IMG/VR virus record: IMGVR_UViG_3300017903_001410
Coordinates: 1 to 25,551 of that record
Length of the DNA stretch: 25,551 nt
Direction: 5' to 3' (one strand)
Source of the DNA: a virus
Lineage: Duplodnaviria > Caudoviricetes
A program made the position numbers and the translations under genes. The notes below the pieces were generated by a model that saw only the letters and a program-made list of their open reading frames with translations, ran no database searches and was not told where the DNA came from. Positions 17,045 to 25,551 of the stretch are shown here, one piece after another. Numbering within the stretch: the first letter of the stretch is position 1; each line of letters starts with the position of its first letter.

Positions 17045-20000
17045 ATGAGTTTTAATATCAATTCCGATAAAGAGTTTGTTAGAGGTATTCAACCCAAACT
17101 TATCGGTGATAATGAACTAACTATCAGAGGTGGTACAGGTTCTCTCGAACGAGAGATCATGAGAACCGAACTGGATTCTGATACGGGTCTTCCTCGTGTT
17201 GGTATCAACAGAACGGGACAGAGAGTTAATAATATTGAATTGACTAGTGGTGGTAGTGGATATACTTTAGTCCCGTCTGTTACTATCGATCCTCCCGCAG
17301 CAGAAGGTGGAATTCAAGCACAAGCTTCTGCATTTATCTTTAATGGTCAAGTAACCAGTATTGCAATTAACAATCCTGGTAATGGATATACCACTGCTCC
17401 AGCAGTTACAATTACTGGAGGAAATGGTAATGGTGCTGCAGCAACTGCTGTGCTTGACACTGTTGATTTTGAACTTGATATTAATGGTGCTATCAGAACA
17501 TCAACATCTATCATTTCTGATACTGCTAGAGTTCTAAACCTTGATATTGATAACTTCGTTACGCCTGACTTGGCGATGCGAGGTCCAAACTTTAAAACCT
17601 ATGTCAATAACACAGGAACTCCTTGGACTTCGAATGTTATTGTCCAAAAAGATAGTTATAGATATTTCGGATCAAATGTCTATCAGGCAGTTGTTGGTGG
17701 AGAAACTGGAGCATCAGCACCAACTCACACTGATGGTATTGTAGCAAATGGCAATGCACAATTCAAGCATATTGGATTTAGAGTTGTAGATCCAAATGCA
17801 TTTGCATATAACGAAACTGGCGAAGCAGGTATTTTCCCAAGATCTATTACACCACTACTAGGTGATAGATCTGATAAGATTGCAACCACAGAATACGTTC
17901 TAAACCTAGCAACGAATGACGTTGGTGGTCGTATTTACGTTTCTGAACAGATTGGTTCTGACTTAAACGATGGTCGTTCAGCAGTTAATCCTGTTCGTAC
18001 AATTAAGAAAGCAGCGCAACTAGCGTGGGCAACTGTTGGTGTTAAAGAAACTATTATTATTTCTGGTGGTGATTATGTAGAAGATAACCCAATTTCACTA
18101 CCACCCGATGCATCAGTTGTTGGTGACAACCTCCGTCTTGTCATCATTCGTCCTGCAAATCCTGGCAAGCACATTTTTAAATTTGGTGATAAAAACTATG
18201 TTACTGGTGTAACATATAGAGACCAAATTGACTCTAATGGAGATCCAGTTGCTACTTGGGACTTTGCAATGGTCTTTGACGATAAGCAAAGACTTTTACT
18301 TGATAAAGAAGTTAATGGAGACTTTGGTGTTGAGTTCCCAATTGGTCATCAAATTTTTGGACCAGATGAATTTAGAGTATCATATCAGCAAAACACAGGT
18401 TTAGATCAACTACAAACTGGTCTAGAAGTAGTTGGTGTCAATACTGGTGCTAGAGCAAATATTGTTGGAGTTACATTCGAGCAAACCACAGGAGCAAATG
18501 CATACATCAGTGGTACAGTCGATGTTAGATTGACCAGTGGTTCTTTTGTTGAGGGTGAGCGTTTTACGTACATTCTCTCTGCAGCTACAGGCGCATCATT
18601 AACTTCTCTAGTTATTACAGAAACTGTTGGAGATAATAAACTCAGATTTTCAACTGATCCATCAGCAACCATTCCTCCTGGTTCGTATGTATTTCTAGAT
18701 GATAGTGATAACAGCAGTTTTACATCTGGTTACTACGAAGTTGCGCTAATTGATAATGATAATGCACCAACATCCTGGGACGTAACTTTTGTACCTATCT
18801 TAAACTCACCATCATGGAGTACAGAACAAACAGAAACTATTGCAATTAGTGCTGCTACTGTAACATCAGAAACTTTTGACAGTACCGCACTTGAATCGAT
18901 TAGAGCAGAAGGTGAAGTTGTTTCTGTAGATGAAGATTATATTACTTCAGTACCAATTCAAAGAATTGACTTCTCTCTACAAGGAGATCCTAGCATTGCT
19001 ACTGGTGGTTTCCAGAGTGAGCAGTTTGGTAATGCAGAAGATCTTGGTGGTATTGTCTTCTATACAAACCAATTAGTTGGTAGAGATAATATTCACGAAT
19101 TTAAAGAAGGTCAAGAAATTTTCATTGAAGGTCTTCCAACACAAACTCCAGACTTGTCATTCTTGAATGGTAAGCAAAGAATTTATAAAGTTTTAGAAGA
19201 TGCTGATGGTCGTTCTAGAAGATTTGTAATTCCAAAGAAAGTACCAGAAATTGTTGATTCTAACCTTGATCCAGGTCAGACTGCCACAGCAAAAACATTC
19301 ACTAGAAGTGTTACCGTATCTCTACTAAACTCACCAAACACTTTCCCAATTTCTACTCCAGTAGAGAGAAGATATCAAGACGCTTGTACTTTCATTCGCA
19401 ACAACAGAGAGTTTATTGCGGACGAAGTTGTTGGAAAAATCAATGATCAATTCAAGAGAGACTATTATTCAGTTTATAACATTTCTGGATCATCTTTTGA
19501 TATTTTCTTGGGAACACTTGATCACCCCAACACATATGTAAGTGGTGGTACAGTAACGTTCAATGGTGTCGATTATAACATTACAGGATTTGTTTACGAT
19601 ACTTCTGTTACTGGTGTTGCTACAATTACAACTGATATTGTTATTCCAGCATTAGCAGAAGATGATACTGTTCAGTTAGCAGGTCTTCTAATTGAATGTG
19701 AAGCAGGTCAAAAAATCTATCCTTCATATAGTTCTCCAACTGTAACAAACTCAGGAACTAATGGAGACGAGCAATGCCGTCAAGATGTTATTCACTTCTT
19801 GAATGCTCTAGTAAGAGACTTGGAATTTGGTTCCAACCACAACGTAATTGAAGCAGCGCAGAAATATATTGTTGGTGCTAAAGTTGCATATGTTGAGAAT
19901 GAAATCATTCAAACAACTCGTGCAATTGAATATGCTAGAGAACTAGCAATCTATGCTATGTGTAACTGGAGAACTGGTAACAGAACTCCAGCAGAAGATG

Positions 20001-23000
20001 TTTATGTACCAGAGTATTCTTCCGTTCAAAGATACTTTGATGATACTGTTATTACAACAACTGCACTGTTGAATGCAGATGGCACCGTCAATAATAGCGG
20101 ATATGCTTGTGACGATGTTAGATCTGCTATCGACACGTTAGCGTTCCTTTGGACAGATGTTATCACAAATGACGCATCTGGCACATATCTAGACGCAGCA
20201 TACCTGATTGCAAGAAACAGAGATCTTATTGCTGATCAAGCACTAATTGATACTGAAGTTACATATCCTTCTCTAGGTTTGTCTGATATTCATCAGAGAA
20301 AATGCCGCAGGGATATCAATTATATTCTAGGTGGTCTAATTAGAGACCTTGTGCTTGGTGGTAATAGTGGCATTGTAACAAATGCGGAAACCTACTTTAC
20401 TGGAACTGCTCTAACAGGAATTGATGCAGACCAACTAGATGAGACTATTTACGCATACCAAAGAGTTGCTGTTTATGCAGCTCAGGCAATGCGTAACTGG
20501 ACCGATGGAGATGTTATCGGAACCACTCCAACTAACGCAACGTACAATCCTTCGACTGGACAAGTTACTGTTACTATCAATGGATTGACAACTCTACCAA
20601 CAACTAATGATAGAATTGCTTTTGCTGAAGAAGCAATTACATTTAACTGTTCTTCCAATGGTGGCGGAGACCACGCAAGTCCAGATCGCTTTGATTCCAA
20701 CTTCGGTAAGAGTTATCCAATCACAAATGTATCTGGAACCATTGGCGGTCCAATTACAATTACCACAACTGTTCCTGATGCTGGCACAGCACAAGTTGCT
20801 CACACGTTTGTAAGTGCGAAAGCTGATGCTACTGTTATCATTTACGATCCCGTAACTACAACTTCTCCAATTCCTAAGTTTGAGGATTGGAACATTCTTC
20901 TATACCCAACAACACCACTCTGTGCAAATGTTGCTGCTACTATCAGCACTTCAATGGGTCTTCTAGAAGATATTTTAGATGGTACAGTTCTTCCTGGAGA
21001 AACTACAGTAAATACTGGAACTCTATTTGATACTTCCACTGTTCTAACATATCCTGATTCGTTCATCTATGACCAGAACAATCAGAGAATGGCAATTCGC
21101 GGTGACTTTGATGATTATCCAATCATTGAAGCATCACCATACACGCAGAATGCTTCTGTTATCTCCTTCTTGGGTGGTGGTGGTGCTCTAGTCGATGGAT
21201 CAAAGGTCAAGCAACCTAACTGCCCATTCCCTGGTCTAGAACTAGATGGTACTGCGACCTTCCCCAATCAGGGTAAATCGATGGTTGCTGCGGCATTTAC
21301 GATCGTCTCCTTCGGTGGTACTGGATATAAGATTATTGAAGACGGTTATACTCAGTTAGTTTCGGTCTTCGTTATCTTCTGTACCGATGGTGTCCTAGCA
21401 GAGTCTGGTGGATATGCATCTATCACAAACTCCGCTACAAACTTTGGTCAGTTTGCTCTCCGTGGTACTGGATTTAGAAAAGAAGCATATACGTTTGACG
21501 TTGCAACAATTACAAACGTATCCGCAACACCAACTGGTAGAACAATTCTAACTGTTAATGGTCTCGGAAGAGAACCACTAGAGCACTATATCGTCAAGAT
21601 TGATGGAACATCTAATACAAATACCAATATTGAATACTTTATTGATGCTGTTGATGCAGTAACTGTTGGTCCTCCTTTCTCAGCTCAAATTACTATTGAT
21701 GATGGCACTGGTGGTGCCATGGATTTAACAGATGTATCTAGTGGTAATCCAGTTTCGGTAGGATCACTAACTGGTTCTACAGTAAGACTACACAGACCAT
21801 CTATTGTTAATAGTTCTTCTCACACTTGGGAATTTGCTGGTTCTGGTACTAACTACCTAGCACTACCTGAAAACGGTGGTACTAAGGTTGAGGCAAACGA
21901 ACAGGTTTCTGAAAACTATGGACGTGTTTATGTCTCTGGTACTGACGAACTTGGCGACTTTAAGGTTGGTACGTTCGCTAAGATCGAGAACAGAACTGGT
22001 GCTATTACCTTCACAGGTACGGTTACCATCTCTGAAGTTGAATTCTTGAAACTAAAAGGTGGAGACGTTGTTGTTACTGGTTTCGACGCATCTAACACAC
22101 TCGGTGGTGCTAATGCTTCTGACAGTAAGATCCCAACTCAAAAAGCAGTTAGAGATTACATCACAAATAACCTCGGACCATATATTAACAAACCGTATTC
22201 AACCAACGCTGTTCCTAGAGCACTGGTTGAACTTACCGATTCTGGTAAAATTTCGGTTGATCAAATTCCTGCGCTAAGACCATTTGAAGTTTATACTGTT
22301 CCAAACCAAGCAGCAAGACTTTCAATCGAAGGAGCACTTGCTGGCGACATTGCAATTCAGCAAGATACATCAACTTCATTTATTCTCAACAATGATCTAG
22401 ATAGTCAATTCCTAGCGTTTGGCGTAGATCCAACACTGCAATTTACTATCGGTGACATTTTCGATGGTAGTGTTTCTGGCGGTCGTATTCAGGCAACCGA
22501 ATATAGAACAGGTGTTGTTTATCAAATCAATATTACAGATTCTGGTTCTGGATATACACAACCACCAACTGTAACTCTATCTGGTGGTAACCCAAGTCTC
22601 GGTGCAGTTTCTGCAGCAGCAACTTGTACTATTGCTAATGGCGAAGTTGTTACGGTAACAATTGTCGAGTTCAATGGATATAAGGGTGGTGAAGGATATA
22701 CTACTGCTCCAACAGTTACATTCTCAGCTCCTGCTGGATCTGGAACACAGGCAACTGGTGTTGCATTAATTGAAAGTAGATTGTATGGAGATATTGTTAA
22801 TAATATCTCTATCACTGATACAGATACTGTTGATAGTAGTGATGTTCCTGCAGTAACTGTTAATCTCACTAGAGTTGTTAATACATCATCATTCGATAAT
22901 AACAACTGGGTATCTCTATCATCTAACCAGATTGCTGCTTCAGACATTACTTCTGGTGTTATCGAATCTGATAGACTTGCTTCTGGTGGTGCTGCAAACT

Positions 23001-25551
23001 CCTTTACCTTCTTACGTGGTGATCAGAATTTTGCACTAGCAGTTCAGTCAGTTAAAGGTGCTGAGACAAGATACTTTGTTCTACTATACAGCACAGCGAG
23101 TTCTGGTTCTTCTCAGTTAGTATTCCAAACAAACTCAAATGTCTTAATTGGACATGAAGTTGTTGCTAGTGTAACAGGTATTCAGGCAAATACAAATATC
23201 ACTGGTGTAATTACAACTGGTGGATTGACAACTATTTCTCTGAACAACCCACTAACATCCACAATCAATGCTGGAACTCTCATCGAGTTTGAGCGTGGTA
23301 TTTCCCCAATGATCTTTGAGTCTTCATACACTCAAGGCAACTTTGTTGATGATGTAATCATTGTAAATGGTGGTAGTGGATTTACTAATGGTCAATATTT
23401 TGATGTAGAACTTGATGGTGGAAACGGCACAGGTCTAAGAGTCAATCTAATTGTTTCTGGAAATGCTGTTACGGAATTGACTGTAACTGATGGTGGTGTT
23501 GGATACACTTCAGGCGACTTTACTGTTACAACTGCACCTGCTGCAATTGGTAGCGGTTCTAACCTCGTACTAGAAGCAAAAATTTCTACTGTTAATAGAC
23601 AGTATGCTAACGTAGGAATTGATGTATTAAGAGTTTCCGACTTAACAATTTCATCTGACCTCTATGGCACAATTGGTGTTTCTAGATTTAAGAAATCTCA
23701 GTTTAACATTGGTCAAGCAGGAAATGGTTCTGTCGAACTCAAGACTGGTGCAGATAGTGGATTAGATGCTGACTTACTCGATGGCGCACAAGGTTCTTTC
23801 TATCTAAACTCCAACAACCAGAGTGCTGGAACACTTCCAACAGATAGACTTTCTGGAACATATAACATTAGCGTTTCTGGTTCTGCTGGTAATGCACTGA
23901 GACTAACCACTGGTACTAACAACCCAACCTCTAACCCAACACCAAATAACTTCGTTACTGGTATCGTTTCTAACACTATTAACAATACTGCTAATGGTCT
24001 AAACGATGGTGGTACAAAGAACTTAGTTTTAACCTTAAGACCAGGCGGCACAGGATTTACGGTTGATGGCGGTGTCAAACAGTTAGCATTTACTGATAAT
24101 GATAACATGTATCTCCGTGGATCTGGAACTGGAGTTACAGCTTTTGGAACGTGGGGTAAAGTTTGGACTTCACTGAATGATGGTATTGGTTCTAATCTGG
24201 ATGCTGACAGATTAGATAACAAGCAAGGTTCTTGGTATCGAAATTCTCTTAACATCAATTATGGCACACTGTCTGATAACAGACTTCCAAGATTCATTAG
24301 TTCTACCACGTTTAGAGATTCTCTAAACATTAAATCATTCAATGGCGATCCAAGATATCAAATCTATATCGCTGGACAAATTCTAAACACAACACCATTT
24401 ACTCCTGGTAGTAATGTCAAATTCTATGATGCTGACTCTCAGAGCACAGGTGACTTTACTATTGACAATCTAGTCATTAACGATAATCCAAATGATAATA
24501 CAGAAGACTATACTATTCTGATTGGTCGTTTAACATCTGGTAATTTCATTGGTGCAGAGTCTGTTGGTACAGCATCTAACAGAGTTAATTTTGATGACTT
24601 TAGTATTCAAGATGGTAATACAATTCAAGTTGCTACTCTGGAAAGTGATGGCGGAACTGCCAACCTGAGACTAGGAAGAAAGGATGGCAATGCATCCTCC
24701 CCTGGTGTATATTTTAACTCTTCTCAGTTAGCCGCTAACTACAACGTAGCACTGGTTGCATCTGGTGGTAGTGCTACAGATGGATCTGGAACATTAAATG
24801 CACAGGTAGCTGATGCTAATGGATTTAGTATTAATGGTAATACTATCTGGAACGCAGGAAATATTACATTCCAGTCTTCTAACATTGTAAGCACTGCAGT
24901 TCTTCGTGATGCCAGTGGCAACTTTGCTGCAGGTACAATCACCGCAAACCTAACTGGTTCCGCATCACTCAACGTTCTTAAGACTGGCGATACCATGACT
25001 GGTTCGCTTACCTTATCGGCATCATCTGGCGGAATTACTGTACAGGGTGGTGGTATTAACGTTACTGGCAATTCCACTGTCGGTGGTCTCTTTAACGTTA
25101 ATTCGAGTTCTCTTGTCTCTAACAATACTACGGGAAATGTTGGAGTTCGTTTAGATTCTACTGATACAGCACCAGACGCACCACTGCATATTGGTTATGC
25201 TGTTAATAGGACCTCTCTAAAAATTGAAGACCGTGCAAGTTTATGGTCTACCAATGGCGGTCAGGGTGCCGCTACTCCATTGGATCAAGCTACAATTGAA
25301 TTCTGGGGTCTAGACGGATCAAATAGCGATACAAAACTTAGATCTCAAATTTCCACCAGAGTTTCTGGTACTAATTTAAATCAAGGTCAATTAGTATTTG
25401 CTACTGCTAATACTTCTGCTGGAACTATGACCCAGTGGATGAGACTTACGCATCGAGGTTACTTAGGTCTAAATGTTCCCAATGACGAAGAACCAGCATA
25501 CAGACTAGAGAACAGAGGTACTTCTAAGTTAGATGGTGCCACCTTAATAAC
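17045..25551 (+). CDS. Giant tail-fibre/appendage protein, 3'-truncated (>2835 aa): GSGY modules, CBM-like module, split pectin-lyase-like beta-helix, two phycobiliprotein-like helical domains, LDADxLD and GDTMTG fibre motifs
   Basis: Manual translation from ATG 17045 (MSFNINSDKEFVRG...) stays open to the window end (...RLENRGTSKLDGATLI). Fibre motifs include DKIATTEYV, KIPTQKAVRDYI, GLDADLLDG, VLKTGDTMTGSL and GNVGV..P.APLHI. It is absent from the ORF track because no stop is reached. Confidence 0.9.
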   Translation, partial: MSFNINSDKEFVRGIQPKLIGDNELTIRGGTGSLEREIMRTELDSDTGLPRVGINRTGQRVNNIELTSGGSGYTLVPSVTIDPPAAEGGIQAQASAFIFNGQVTSIAINNPGNGYTTAPAVTITGGNGNGAAATAVLDTVDFELDINGAIRTSTSIISDTARVLNLDIDNFVTPDLAMRGPNFKTYVNNTGTPWTSNVIVQKDSYRYFGSNVYQAVVGGETGASAPTHTDGIVANGNAQFKHIGFRVVDPNAFAYNETGEAGIFPRSITPLLGDRSDKIATTEYVLNLATNDVGGRIYVSEQIGSDLNDGRSAVNPVRTIKKAAQLAWATVGVKETIIISGGDYVEDNPISLPPDASVVGDNLRLVIIRPANPGKHIFKFGDKNYVTGVTYRDQIDSNGDPVATWDFAMVFDDKQRLLLDKEVNGDFGVEFPIGHQIFGPDEFRVSYQQNTGLDQLQTGLEVVGVNTGARANIVGVTFEQTTGANAYISGTVDVRLTSGSFVEGERFTYILSAATGASLTSLVITETVGDNKLRFSTDPSATIPPGSYVFLDDSDNSSFTSGYYEVALIDNDNAPTSWDVTFVPILNSPSWSTEQTETIAISAATVTSETFDSTALESIRAEGEVVSVDEDYITSVPIQRIDFSLQGDPSIATGGFQSEQFGNAEDLGGIVFYTNQLVGRDNIHEFKEGQEIFIEGLPTQTPDLSFLNGKQRIYKVLEDADGRSRRFVIPKKVPEIVDSNLDPGQTATAKTFTRSVTVSLLNSPNTFPISTPVERRYQDACTFIRNNREFIADEVVGKINDQFKRDYYSVYNISGSSFDIFLGTLDHPNTYVSGGTVTFNGVDYNITGFVYDTSVTGVATITTDIVIPALAEDDTVQLAGLLIECEAGQKIYPSYSSPTVTNSGTNGDEQCRQDVIHFLNALVRDLEFGSNHNVIEAAQKYIVGAKVAYVENEIIQTTRAIEYARELAIYAMCNWRTGNRTPAEDVYVPEYSSVQRYFDDTVITTTALLNADGTVNNSGYACDDVRSAIDTLAFLWTDVITNDASGTYLDAAYLIARNRDLIADQALIDTEVTYPSLGLSDIHQRKCRRDINYILGGLIRDLVLGGNSGIVTNAETYFTGTALTGIDADQLDETIYAYQRVAVYAAQAMRNWTDGDVIGTTPTNATYNPSTGQVTVTINGLTTLPTTNDRIAFAEEAITFNCSSNGGGDHASPDRFDSNFGKSYPITNVSGTIGGPITITTTVPDAGTAQVAHTFVSAKADATVIIYDPVTTTSPIPKFEDWNILLYPTTPLCANVAATISTSMGLLEDILDGTVLPGETTVNTGTLFDTSTVLTYPDSFIYDQNNQRMAIRGDFDDYPIIEASPYTQNASVISFLGGGGALVDGSKVKQPNCPFPGLELDGTATFPNQGKSMVAAAFTIVSFGGTGYKIIEDGYTQLVSVFVIFCTDGVLAESGGYASITNSATNFGQFALRGTGFRKEAYTFDVATITNVSATPTGRTILTVNGLGREPLEHYIVKIDGTSNTNTNIEYFIDAVDAVTVGPPFSAQITIDDGTGGAMDLTDVSSGNPVSVGSLTGSTVRLHRPSIVNSSSHTWEFAGSGTNYLALPENGGTKVEANEQVSENYGRVYVSGTDELGDFKVGTFAKIENRTGAITFTGTVTISEVEFLKLKGGDVVVTGFDASNTLGGANASDSKIPTQKAVRDYITNNLGPYINKPYSTNAVPRALVELTDSGKISVDQIPALRPFEVYTVPNQAARLSIEGALAGDIAIQQDTSTSFILNNDLDSQFLAFGVDPTLQFTIGDIFDGSVSGGRIQATEYRTGVVYQINITDSGSGYTQPPTVTLSGGNPSLGAVSAAATCTIANGEVVTVTIVEFNGYKGGEGYTTAPTVTFSAPAGSGTQATGVALIESRLYGDIVNNISITDTDTVDSSDVPAVTVNLTRVVNTSSFDNNNWVSLSSNQIAASDITSGVIESDRLASGGAANSFTFLRGDQNFALAVQSVKGAETRYFVLLYSTASSGSSQLVFQTNSNVLIGHEVVASVTGIQANTNITGVITTGGLTTISLNNPLTSTINAGTLIEFERGISPMIFESSYTQGNFVDDVIIVNGGSGFTNGQYFDVELDGGNGTGLRVNLIVSGNAVTELTVTDGGVGYTSGDFTVTTAPAAIGSGSNLVLEAKISTVNRQYANVGIDVLRVSDLTISSDLYGTIGVSRFKKSQFNIGQAGNGSVELKTGADSGLDADLLDGAQGSFYLNSNNQSAGTLPTDRLSGTYNISVSGSAGNALRLTTGTNNPTSNPTPNNFVTGIVSNTINNTANGLNDGGTKNLVLTLRPGGTGFTVDGGVKQLAFTDNDNMYLRGSGTGVTAFGTWGKVWTSLNDGIGSNLDADRLDNKQGSWYRNSLNINYGTLSDNRLPRFISSTTFRDSLNIKSFNGDPRYQIYIAGQILNTTPFTPGSNVKFYDADSQSTGDFTIDNLVINDNPNDNTEDYTILIGRLTSGNFIGAESVGTASNRVNFDDFSIQDGNTIQVATLESDGGTANLRLGRKDGNASSPGVYFNSSQLAANYNVALVASGGSATDGSGTLNAQVADANGFSINGNTIWNAGNITFQSSNIVSTAVLRDASGNFAAGTITANLTGSASLNVLKTGDTMTGSLTLSASSGGITVQGGGINVTGNSTVGGLFNVNSSSLVSNNTTGNVGVRLDSTDTAPDAPLHIGYAVNRTSLKIEDRASLWSTNGGQGAATPLDQATIEFWGLDGSNSDTKLRSQISTRVSGTNLNQGQLVFATANTSAGTMTQWMRLTHRGYLGLNVPNDEEPAYRLENRGTSKLDGATLI
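19367..20983 (+). repeat. Two tandem helical (globin/phycobiliprotein-like) protein repeats, about 19367-20170 and 20183-20983
   Basis: Four aligned segment pairs: DACTFIRNNREFIADE / DAAYLIARNRDLIADQ; QCRQDVIHFLNALVRDLEFGSN / KCRRDINYILGGLIRDLVLGGN; ELAIYAMCNW / VYAAQAMRNW; CDDVRSAIDTL / CANVAATISTS. Confidence 0.85.
23750..24290 (+). repeat. Duplicated fibre-joint motif LDADxLD...GTL...RL
   Basis: GADSGLDADLLDGAQGSFYLNSNNQSAGTLPTDRL (GLDADLLDG at 23759-23785) versus GIGSNLDADRLDNKQGSWYRNSLNINYGTLSDNRL (from 24182). Confidence 0.8.

Noticed and set aside
19385-19387. Cys in DAC of globin-like copy 1 as an equivalent of the phycoerythrin beta Cys50/61 site
   Set aside because: The position does not align with the NASCIV cysteine and is Ala in copy 2.
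18406-25125. Minus-strand ORFs up to 152 aa and short alternative-frame + ORFs in the apparently empty right third
   Set aside because: All lie within the giant frame-2 fibre ORF and show no independent coding signals.
1-25551. CRISPR arrays, tRNAs, introns/inteins, homing endonucleases, diversity-generating retroelement or invertible cassette
   Set aside because: I saw no near-identical nucleotide repeats, no non-coding space beyond about 90 nt, no frame interruptions and no RT/recombinase/nuclease motifs. The repeats seen are old and protein-level only.

Overview
The window is a co-directional (+ strand), AT-rich, almost fully coding late/structural region of a T4-like myophage, most likely a marine cyanophage (host assignment is inferred from gene order and protein style). 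Gene order: C-terminal part of a large gp7-type baseplate protein (open from the left edge, not just the 113-aa ORF in the track), gp8 baseplate wedge, a 2.7-kaa VrlC/DUF4815-type protein, a 68-aa coiled-coil protein, a 1641-aa modular fibre-like protein, a 166-aa structural protein, and a giant fibre ORF (17045 to beyond the right edge, >2835 aa) that the ORF track missed because it has no stop in the window. T4-type late promoters and one intrinsic terminator lie in the intergenic gaps. The most striking signal is two tandem domains in the giant fibre that resemble the phycobiliprotein globin core, with cysteines at positions matching both beta-subunit bilin attachment sites. The upstream fibre-like protein carries an apparently intact type-1 (blue) copper cupredoxin site at the apex of a nested domain stalk. 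Together these suggest, as a hypothesis, virion appendages carrying pigment and metal cofactors. All homology calls were made by eye without database searches.
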